Below, piece by piece: positions 1 through 6,480 of a stretch of DNA of 64,000 nt. A program made the translations under genes and the position numbers. The stretch is from positions 691-64,690 of the forward strand of contig JBAZTY010000001.1 in assembly GCA_041661685.1 (NCBI GenBank). Reading direction: 5' to 3'. This DNA is from Patescibacteria group bacterium. Lineage in GTDB: Bacteria; Patescibacteriota; Patescibacteriia; Patescibacteriales; UBA12465. Position 1 is the first letter of the stretch. Every line of letters begins with the position of its first letter. The notes under the pieces are model-generated. The model ran no database searches and was not told the origin of the DNA. It worked only from the letters and a program-made list of their open reading frames with translations.

Positions 1-528
1 TGTTTTAGCAAAAACCGCAAAAGGCAGGCTGTTTAATTCTTCACCAACTTTGACTCTTATCGTAGAAGTTGGCAGTTCTTGCAAAATATTTAATTTATCG
101 TCTATTTCTTCTTTATTTTTTAACTGTTCCTTTACTCTTCCCATACCCTCATAAACCATAACTAGTTGAGTAATAGCTAATGGGAGCATTTGTGCCATAT
201 TGGCGTGTTCCTGATTTTTTAGTTGTTCCAGACCGACGGCTATCGCCTTTTTATGCATGGGAACCTCAGAAATATCCTTAAATTCCATTATTTTGTGGAC
301 ATTGGGAACTTCTTTAAAACAATTATTTTTAGCTATATATTCGTCCAATAGAGATATTTGCGCTTGGGCATATTCGAACTGAGGTTTTAATAGATTGGCT
401 GTATATGGCTCGGATTTTATAAAATCAACGTATTCAAAAAGAATATCAAAGCCTTTGACGGTACCTGAATTTTTCTGGTATTTATCCAGCAGAATCTCAA
501 TTTTTTGTTTGATTTCGTGGGATTTCAT
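1..528 (-). CDS. hypothetical protein, partial (N-terminal 176 aa; C-terminus lies beyond the window edge)
   Basis: The minus-strand frame is open from position 1 to the ATG at 526-528 (MKSHEIKQKIEILLDKYQKNSG...). I checked triplet by triplet and found no stop. It is absent from the supplied track because no stop lies in the window. No family recognised. Confidence 0.45.
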   Translation of the reverse strand, partial: MKSHEIKQKIEILLDKYQKNSGTVKGFDILFEYVDFIKSEPYTANLLKPQFEYAQAQISLLDEYIAKNNCFKEVPNVHKIMEFKDISEVPMHKKAIAVGLEQLKNQEHANMAQMLPLAITQLVMVYEGMGRVKEQLKNKEEIDDKLNILQELPTSTIRVKVGEELNSLPFAVFAKT

Positions 529-627
529 AATTATAGTTTGGCACAAATTAGAGTTAAGGGCAATTAGTTAATTTTATTGATTTTTTGGGTATTTTGTGGT
601 ATTTTTAAAATATAAAAAATAAATGTT

Positions 628-828
628 ATGAAAGTTAATAAAATACAATTTTGGCTTATTGTATGTATTTTTGTCCCAGTATATGTTATAGGATTACTTG
701 TTTTAATTTGGGATTATTTTTTAACCCATATTTCTGGGGATATAGCAAAAACAATTCTCGGAGTTTTATTATCAATACTTGTTATATATTCCCTTGAAAG
801 AGGGGGAAATAAAATAGTAAAATTTTAG
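628..828 (+). CDS. small membrane protein (2 predicted TM helices), orphan
   Basis: 66-aa ORF with two hydrophobic stretches (FWLIVCIFVPVYVIGLLVLIW and ILGVLLSILVIYS). First gene of the AT-rich same-strand cluster. Confidence 0.45.
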   Translation: MKVNKIQFWLIVCIFVPVYVIGLLVLIWDYFLTHISGDIAKTILGVLLSILVIYSLERGGNKIVKF

Positions 829-849
829 TCTATATTAAGCAAACTATTT

Positions 850-1479
850 ATGAATAAAATCAAAACATATTTTAAATATGTATTAACTTTTGGAGCCTTT
901 ATTATATCTGGCTCTTTCCTTATTTTTTGGGCTTATATTACTTTTTTTAACGGCCCAGGAGCAATTGTTCACGACGGGAGAGAAGAAATTGCACAAATGA
1001 AACTGGAAGCCTCAAAAGAATCTGATAAAAAAGTGGTTGATTATTATTCTACGATAGATAATGGATTATTTTCATTAACTTTTCCATCCCAACCAGTTTG
1101 TACGGAAAAAACTAACTTAATCGAAGAGATAAAGTTGATTTCTAATACATGTATTTTAAAAGAGGAGAATGATTCCCGCCAATATCTGATTAACTGGGGT
1201 TCTTATCCAGATAGCATAAAAACACATAGTCCAAAAGATATTTTAGAGCAGACTTTGAATGAAAAAATGAAAATTACTAATTTAGAAATTTTGAGCCAAA
1301 AATTTATTGAACAACAAAAATATTTAACTTTGGAATATAGTACTAAAGCGGTGGATGGTATAAAGGCTGATGGAAAAATTATTTTTGCCGGAGCTAGTAT
1401 ATATGATCTAGTTTTTATACGCTATGTGGACGATAAGAACACATCTGATGCATTTTTTCAGTCGTTTAATTTAAAATAA
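850..1479 (+). CDS. hypothetical membrane-anchored protein
   Basis: 209-aa ORF with an N-terminal TM helix (VLTFGAFIISGSFLIFWAYITFF) followed by a soluble domain. It starts 21 nt after the previous stop. No family recognised. Confidence 0.55.
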   Translation: MNKIKTYFKYVLTFGAFIISGSFLIFWAYITFFNGPGAIVHDGREEIAQMKLEASKESDKKVVDYYSTIDNGLFSLTFPSQPVCTEKTNLIEEIKLISNTCILKEENDSRQYLINWGSYPDSIKTHSPKDILEQTLNEKMKITNLEILSQKFIEQQKYLTLEYSTKAVDGIKADGKIIFAGASIYDLVFIRYVDDKNTSDAFFQSFNLK

Positions 1480-1487
1480 AAAAGAAT

Positions 1488-1739
1488 ATGAAAAAATTTC
1501 TAAAATATGAAGAATGGATAAAAAATAGTGAAAAAGCAAAAGAAATTAATAGTTTAATGGTAAGCATGTTTGTAAGCATGTCAAATGGGCTACCAAAAGA
1601 TGATAATTTAAAGAATTTAGATAAAATGATAAAGAATCTTTTTAAATTAAGAGTTAATTGGGCAAAAATGTTCTATAAAGTCTTTCCAAAAGAAGAAAGA
1701 GCGGATATATTTATAGGACCAAAAGAAGATAGAGAATAA
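1488..1739 (+). CDS. hypothetical small soluble protein
   Basis: 83-aa ORF starting 8 nt after the previous stop. Lys/Glu-rich and probably helical. No family recognised. Confidence 0.45.
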   Translation: MKKFLKYEEWIKNSEKAKEINSLMVSMFVSMSNGLPKDDNLKNLDKMIKNLFKLRVNWAKMFYKVFPKEERADIFIGPKEDRE

Positions 1740-1762
1740 AAAGGTATAAAAAATTTAAAAAT

Positions 1763-1990
1763 ATGGGTATCTTATTTACAATTTTAGGTGTTATTTCTAT
1801 TTTTAGATTATGGGAAAATCATATAGGTTTTGCTATATTTATGATATTAGTTACTTTATATCAGGCATCATCTCTTAATGAAATAAAAAAAGAAATGAGA
1901 GGACAAACCAACAAAGACAGGTGGCAGGGTGGTATTAATTTAGCTAGTTCTATAATCATTTTGGGTTTTTTAATTTATTCATTTTTTTAA
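1763..1990 (+). CDS. small membrane protein (2 predicted TM helices), orphan
   Basis: 75-aa ORF with hydrophobic N- and C-terminal helices (ILFTILGVISIF and SIIILGFLIYSFF) flanking a charged loop. Confidence 0.45.
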   Translation: MGILFTILGVISIFRLWENHIGFAIFMILVTLYQASSLNEIKKEMRGQTNKDRWQGGINLASSIIILGFLIYSFF

Positions 1991-2010
1991 AAATATAACA
2001 ATAAAAAAAT

Positions 2011-2601
2011 ATGGGATTTTTTTCATCTTCAATTGAGGAAAAGTTAGAAAAATTATATATAAGTATGTTTCAAAATATGGGAATGAGTATAAGTGATGCT
2101 CGTGCAACCGTAAGTCAAATGCTAGAAGATGCAAAAGAAAATGTTAGAAAAAATGGAGAAAGTCAAACATCCAAAGAGGCGATAGAATACTTTTTAACGG
2201 ATGAAAAATTTAGTAAAAAATTAGAAATATTAAGAGCGGATGGAGTGAAAGATGATGATATTAGATGGTGGCTAAAAATGCAACCATTGGAAAGACAAAT
2301 GATGTTAAAGATGGATGAATTAAACAAGACTGTCTTAATGATGAACTTAGTAGAAGAGGGAAAAGAAATGGATGAAGCAGAACGGCAAGTAAGAAAGTAT
2401 CATCCTGTTTTTGGCGACTCGTTAGATGAAAAAAATTCAAAAGGCCAAGATAGGCCTATCCCAGAAATGTTAAAAGATAGAATAAATATTTATATAGAGA
2501 ATAGAGTAAAATCAGACTTAGATCAATATAAAAAGGATATCGAAGAATCTTCAAGTTTTAATGCTCTAATCAGAAAAGAAGTTGTAGCTAAAAAATTGTA
2601 A
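2011..2601 (+). CDS. hypothetical protein
   Basis: 196-aa ORF, charged and helical, in the same strand cluster. No family recognised. Confidence 0.55.
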   Translation: MGFFSSSIEEKLEKLYISMFQNMGMSISDARATVSQMLEDAKENVRKNGESQTSKEAIEYFLTDEKFSKKLEILRADGVKDDDIRWWLKMQPLERQMMLKMDELNKTVLMMNLVEEGKEMDEAERQVRKYHPVFGDSLDEKNSKGQDRPIPEMLKDRINIYIENRVKSDLDQYKKDIEESSSFNALIRKEVVAKKL

Positions 2602-2630
2602 ATCATAAAAATATAAAAATATTTTAAGAT

Positions 2631-2828
2631 ATGAAAGACAGTAGTCGCGTTATTGCTACAAGAGAGTTATTATTACAACAAGGAGACAAGCCAGAGGAGG
2701 TTGAGGCGATACTTAATGTGATTAGAGCCCAAGAAAACACTGAAAAGAATGACTCTTTAAGGTCTTGGCTTGCTATTGTAATAAGTGGTTTAGCGATGGT
2801 TGTAAGCTTTGTGGCAATTTTTAAATAA
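2631..2828 (+). CDS. small tail-anchored membrane protein, orphan
   Basis: 65-aa ORF with a C-terminal hydrophobic helix (WLAIVISGLAMVVSFVAIF). An antisense ORF at 2624-2848 overlaps it; the plus strand is preferred because of operon context. Confidence 0.4.
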   Translation: MKDSSRVIATRELLLQQGDKPEEVEAILNVIRAQENTEKNDSLRSWLAIVISGLAMVVSFVAIFK

Positions 2829-2946
2829 TCGTTCCAAGTGCGTCCCACCCTCTCCGCTTAGTAAATGTTATTTTCTCATATTAATGGTTGATTTTTTGTT
2901 TTTTTTGTGATATTATCGACATATTATTACAAAATAGATTAATGAT

Positions 2947-3810
2947 ATGATAAAATTTGAAAATATTGAAAAGGATCGCGGTCGAGAAAATTTTAGAATA
3001 GAGCGCGTTCTTGACAAGGGGGTAGGACTAATGAATGAAGATGCTATCCTGGACAGTCCTGAAATTTTTGGCGCTTTTGACGGCGCGACCGGATTGGACA
3101 AATATATCGACCCGCAGGGGCGGACCGGCGGCTATTTGGCTTCCCAAACAGCTAAAGAGATTTTTTCTAGAAATGACGCTTCGCTGGTCGATTTAGCTAT
3201 ATCCGCCAACCGAAAAATAAGGGAAGAAATGATTGATAAGAAAATTGACGTTGATAAGAGGGCTAATCTCTGGTGCACGACTTTTGCCGTGGCCCGTCTG
3301 AAGGAAAAACAGCTAGAATGGGCGCAAATCAGCGATGCCTCCATTTTACTTATCTATAGAGACGGTTCTTTCAAAATACTGGGCGGAGATTATAGTTTTG
3401 ATCGACCATCTTTGGTGAAATGGAAAGAATTGTCGGACCAAGGGGAAACGGAAATTGGCAAAAAAATCCAAGATCAGCTTATTAAAGTGAGGGCAGGCGC
3501 GAATCAGAATTATGGAGTTTTAAACGGAGAAGAGAATATGATAAATTTTCTCAATAGCGGTTTAGAGCCGCTGGATAATGTAAAAGACATTTTGATATTT
3601 TCCGATGGTCTGCTGATACCCAAGACTGATCCCGAGGCTGCAGAAGATTTTTCCGCTATCGTTAAGTTATATTTAGAAGGCGGTTTGAATCGGGTCAAGG
3701 ATTATGTCCGAGATTTGGAAAGCAGCGACCCGGAGTGCAGGAAGTTTCCGCGCTTTAAAGAACATGACGATATGGCGGCGGTCGCGATATCTTTTAGTCC
3801 CTCGAAATAA
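2947..3810 (+). CDS. PP2C/PPM-family protein phosphatase-like protein
   Basis: Motifs resemble the PP2C fold: MNEDA, GAFDGATG (compare DGxGG), FSDGLL, and C-terminal EHDDMAAVAISF (compare DDxT.v). Composition returns to the window norm at this gene. Confidence 0.7.
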   Translation: MIKFENIEKDRGRENFRIERVLDKGVGLMNEDAILDSPEIFGAFDGATGLDKYIDPQGRTGGYLASQTAKEIFSRNDASLVDLAISANRKIREEMIDKKIDVDKRANLWCTTFAVARLKEKQLEWAQISDASILLIYRDGSFKILGGDYSFDRPSLVKWKELSDQGETEIGKKIQDQLIKVRAGANQNYGVLNGEENMINFLNSGLEPLDNVKDILIFSDGLLIPKTDPEAAEDFSAIVKLYLEGGLNRVKDYVRDLESSDPECRKFPRFKEHDDMAAVAISFSPSK

Positions 3811-3811
3811 A

Positions 3812-3835
3812 AAAGCCAATCCGGAGATTGGCTTT
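3812..3835. terminator. bidirectional rho-independent terminator between convergent genes
   Basis: Hairpin AAAGCCAATC-cgga-GATTGGCTTT. An A-run lies upstream and TTT downstream. It sits between the stops at 3810 (+) and 3843 (-). Confidence 0.6.
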
Positions 3836-3842
3836 AAGGGGG

Positions 3843-5357
3843 TTAGGCTACTAATTCTAGCCTCGTTTCCCAGATTTTTTTGATCTCGCGATTCCGTAGG
3901 TCAATAGAAGTAGTTTTGACGGAAGGAGATGACGAATGTCGGCAGAAGTCTTGGATGAAATATTTTTTGTATTCTTCAATAATTAACTTCTGGAGGCGCG
4001 GCTGGTCCTTGCACTGAATAGAGAAGTTAATCCACTCTTCATGGTCTTTGATTTTTGGAGCTAACAGCGCTAATAGCCTCTTGAAGGCAGGCGCGTCGCT
4101 TTTTATTATTAAGTTTCTGATTGAATCCAAACGAGCCTGGCGCTCTTTAATCGCGACTTGCAATCCTAGAGGGTCTTGGCGCTTATTCTTAAGCGGCCAA
4201 ACCGTGAGAGGGTCGAGATGCTGGGCAGGGAATTCTTTAGCCGTGAGTCTTAATCCAATCGGATTATGGCAATCAGACAGGAGATTCACCATGTCGATCA
4301 TGATATTCTCGGCGACCGTCGGGTAATAATGGATGCTTTTAATATATAGCAGGGCTGAGATTTTCATCGATTCTTGGCTGTTGTCAAGGGATATCGCTAA
4401 TCTCTGCTTATTAAGGATGACTTTTCTGATTTCCGGAGCGTTGAGTGTCGTTTCATCATATAATCTTTCCCAATCTCGGAAAGAAAGTTTCGCTCTTTCT
4501 AACTTAGCGGCGGCCAGAATAATGAATTTCTTGTCTCTGCAATTATTGCAGGTTTTTACAAGTATTTCAGGCGATATCTCGGCGTCTCTAAGCTTGTTCC
4601 AGCCGAGATTTTTTAGCCGGCTATTATGAAGTTCTACCTGGTATATTTTAAACCAGAAAGAAAAAGGACTTTTTTGTTTTTCTAGGATCGCGATGATCCT
4701 CGGTCTCATTAGGGATTTAGAGTTTAAGCGGCGGTACATCGATAATAATTCCTCGCTCGAGAACGAGTCCTTGATCTGCAGCAGGCACCTATACAAATAG
4801 GCGCGCCTATGGTTGCTGATACTCGTCAGTCTGGTCATAGCCAGCAGTTTTTCTTTATCATTCTTGGCTAGGCGTAAAGCCAGCTTATATAACTTAGCGT
4901 CGAACTCTTGGTTCAAGACAGTTATTATTTCCGGCCAAGCTTTAGCGACAATCTTCATTGTTTCGAGCACTGGTCTCTTTTCTTTTTCTTCCAAATATTC
5001 GAGCATCATTTGTTTCTCTTCAAAAGTCTTGGCGAATGTTATCATTACCCCGACCGCTAGAGGCCTGATTGCCTTATTGAAGCGGTAAGCTTTGAAGAAA
5101 TTAAGCCAGCCGATAAAGTCGCTAGCAATCTGGCTGAATACTGGTTTTAATTCATCATAGCGCTCTTTGGGCAAGCGGCAATATAATTGGCTTAATTCAG
5201 CCAGGGTTATATATTGTCTGGTTCCAAGAACGGCCATAATATTCTGTGAAAAAGTCGGTATGCCTAAGAGAACGATGAAGCTTTCTATCTTAGAAGCTAG
5301 GAATTTAGCGATTTTCCGATCATGGCCGGAAGTCTGCAGCATGCTTAAATTTTCCAT
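3843..5357 (-). CDS. hypothetical 504-aa all-helical protein with internal W/Y-containing repeats
   Basis: Long ORF with repeating units of roughly 45-50 aa (SPFSFWFKIYQVE...SPEILVK and KLSFRDWERLYDET...APEIRKV). No family recognised. All long plus-strand ORFs across it are antisense. Confidence 0.6.
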   Translation of the reverse strand: MENLSMLQTSGHDRKIAKFLASKIESFIVLLGIPTFSQNIMAVLGTRQYITLAELSQLYCRLPKERYDELKPVFSQIASDFIGWLNFFKAYRFNKAIRPLAVGVMITFAKTFEEKQMMLEYLEEKEKRPVLETMKIVAKAWPEIITVLNQEFDAKLYKLALRLAKNDKEKLLAMTRLTSISNHRRAYLYRCLLQIKDSFSSEELLSMYRRLNSKSLMRPRIIAILEKQKSPFSFWFKIYQVELHNSRLKNLGWNKLRDAEISPEILVKTCNNCRDKKFIILAAAKLERAKLSFRDWERLYDETTLNAPEIRKVILNKQRLAISLDNSQESMKISALLYIKSIHYYPTVAENIMIDMVNLLSDCHNPIGLRLTAKEFPAQHLDPLTVWPLKNKRQDPLGLQVAIKERQARLDSIRNLIIKSDAPAFKRLLALLAPKIKDHEEWINFSIQCKDQPRLQKLIIEEYKKYFIQDFCRHSSSPSVKTTSIDLRNREIKKIWETRLELVA

Positions 5358-5437
5358 TGTTATGTAGTTTTTATCGTTTATATTCGGTTTTTAAAGGACT
5401 TATTTGGTTTGCCAAATAAGGTATATTTGGTCAGAAT

Positions 5438-5467
5438 AACTTAGCATTTTTATTGATATTTTGTCAA
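5438..5467 (-). promoter_or_regulatory. sigma70-like promoter for the 504-aa gene
   Basis: Read on the minus strand: TTGACA-N18-TAAGTT, with TG at the extended -10 position (aTGcTAAGTT). A perfect 9-bp-stem palindrome (5399-5420, CTTATTTGG-tttg-CCAAATAAG) lies just downstream in the leader. Confidence 0.45.
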
Positions 5468-5480
5468 TAGAACAAAAAAA

Positions 5481-5500
5481 TACCCGGACAAATCCGGGTA
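5481..5500 (-). terminator. rho-independent terminator of the hemerythrin gene
   Basis: Hairpin TACCCGGA-caaa-TCCGGGTA. On the minus strand it is followed by a run of seven T (5474-5480). It lies 17 nt past the stop at 5517. Confidence 0.65.
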
Positions 5501-5516
5501 TTTTCTGTATTCGAGT

Positions 5517-5930
5517 TTATTTTAAACCGTTAGCGTTGAAATAGGCGGTATATTCCTTATCGGCGTTATTAATATGCCAGATCCACCAGTTATTTAAGAA
5601 GCTATTGATGGCAAACAGCGTCTTCTCGTTATTGTCGGCATCATACTCATTCTTCAAATCTTGGATTTTTTGACGATAGATATTGTGCATAGCGATATGC
5701 GCTTCCTCTTTCTCGTAATTATAGAGCGTGAAATAATGTTCTTCCGTGCTGAAATGATAATCCGCATAATCCAGCAGTTGTTTGAAGATCGGTTCGACGT
5801 CGACATTCTTGAATTTTTTTTCAGAGTAGAGAGTGAAGAGCTCATTGATGATGGCGATCAGCTTTTGGTGCTGCTCATCCAGCTCTTTGACGCCGACTGA
5901 GTATTCCTCGATCCAATTGATTATGGCCAT
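5517..5930 (-). CDS. bacteriohemerythrin (hemerythrin-like metal-binding protein)
   Basis: N-terminal W..EYSVGV..LDEQHQKL signature. Ligand-type residues are spaced as in hemerythrins: HFSTEEHYF, AHIAMH and WWIWHINNADKEY. Confidence 0.85.
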   Translation of the reverse strand: MAIINWIEEYSVGVKELDEQHQKLIAIINELFTLYSEKKFKNVDVEPIFKQLLDYADYHFSTEEHYFTLYNYEKEEAHIAMHNIYRQKIQDLKNEYDADNNEKTLFAINSFLNNWWIWHINNADKEYTAYFNANGLK

Positions 5931-6069
5931 ATTTTTGTATTTTAATCCTATGTTTCTTATAAATATTATAGCATGATTTGAGTAATGGTCATAATTGTCA
6001 GGTCGTAGCTGCCGGCGGTAATTTAGCTGAAAGAAAAGGCTATTAGCTGCGTAATAAATAAAAACAGTC

Positions 6070-6098
6070 TTGACAGTTAGTATTTTTAGGATAATAAT
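6070..6098 (+). promoter_or_regulatory. near-consensus sigma70-like promoter
   Basis: TTGACA (6070-6075), a 17-nt spacer, then AATAAT (6093-6098). Confidence 0.5.
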
Positions 6099-6116
6099 CT
6101 ACTTGTAAAATTAGAA

Positions 6117-6293
6117 ATTGCGGATGGATATTCGCCGACCTCGGCTCTAAATGATCACCGCTGCAATTGCGGAAAGTTGCTCTTCAAGGGGGATTTTAAA
6201 GGCCATATCGAGATCAAGTGCCTGCGTTGCGGGCAGATAAGGGATCTGTATGGGCCGGAAGAACGCGATTGTCGCATTAATAACCAAAGTTAA
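6117..6293 (+). CDS. phage Mu Com-like zinc-ribbon small protein; start codon unresolved (possible pseudogene)
   Basis: The frame open over 6090-6293 encodes ...NDHRCNCGKLLFKGDFKGHIEIKCLRCGQIRDLYGPEERDCRINNQS*. This resembles Mu Com (RCKNCNKLLFKADSFDHIEIRCPRCKR). The frame has no in-frame ATG, GTG or TTG; ATT at 6117 is the only plausible rare start. The ORF is below the size cutoff of the supplied track. Confidence 0.4.
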   Translation: MADGYSPTSALNDHRCNCGKLLFKGDFKGHIEIKCLRCGQIRDLYGPEERDCRINNQS

Positions 6294-6382
6294 AATCATG
6301 GCGCTATCATGCCTGAGTTTTGCATGGTATGATTAAATTAGATTTCGTGATGTAAAAAATGAATACAGAAGCTCCTTCTAGA

Positions 6383-6412
6383 AGCTCAGACAAGTGTTGT
6401 TTGGGCTTTTTT
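6383..6412 (+). terminator. rho-independent terminator after the Com-like ORF
   Basis: AGCTCAGAC-(7-nt loop)-GTTTGGGCT forms a 9-bp stem that includes two G-U pairs. It is followed by TTTTT. Confidence 0.5.
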
Positions 6413-6480
6413 GGTAATTTAGGCAGTTTAGAATAAATATAAAATTTACATATATTTTAAAAACATTAATCTAAAAGCTT

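Noticed and set aside
6006-6049. Three direct TAGCTG hexamers (6006, 6024, 6044) just upstream of the 6070 promoter, as possible activator sites.
   Set aside because: A 6-mer occurring three times with irregular spacing (18 and 20 bp) is too weak to call without conservation data.
6124-6240. ATG-initiated mini-ORFs in the +1 frame of the Com-like region: 6124-6150 (8 codons) and 6151-6240 (29 codons).
   Set aside because: Their products (MDIRRPRL and MITAAIAESCSSRGILKAISRSSACVAGR) have no recognisable features. The overlapping frame gives a convincing Com-type zinc ribbon. They are kept only as context for the start-codon problem.
6369-6389. AGAAGCT-CCTTCT-AGAAGCT, considered as a pair of mutually exclusive hairpins (riboswitch-like) in the leader of the surface-protein gene.
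   Set aside because: The stems are only 4-5 bp and one alternative has a 2-nt loop. That is too weak to support a switch. The adjacent 9-bp terminator hairpin explains the region better.
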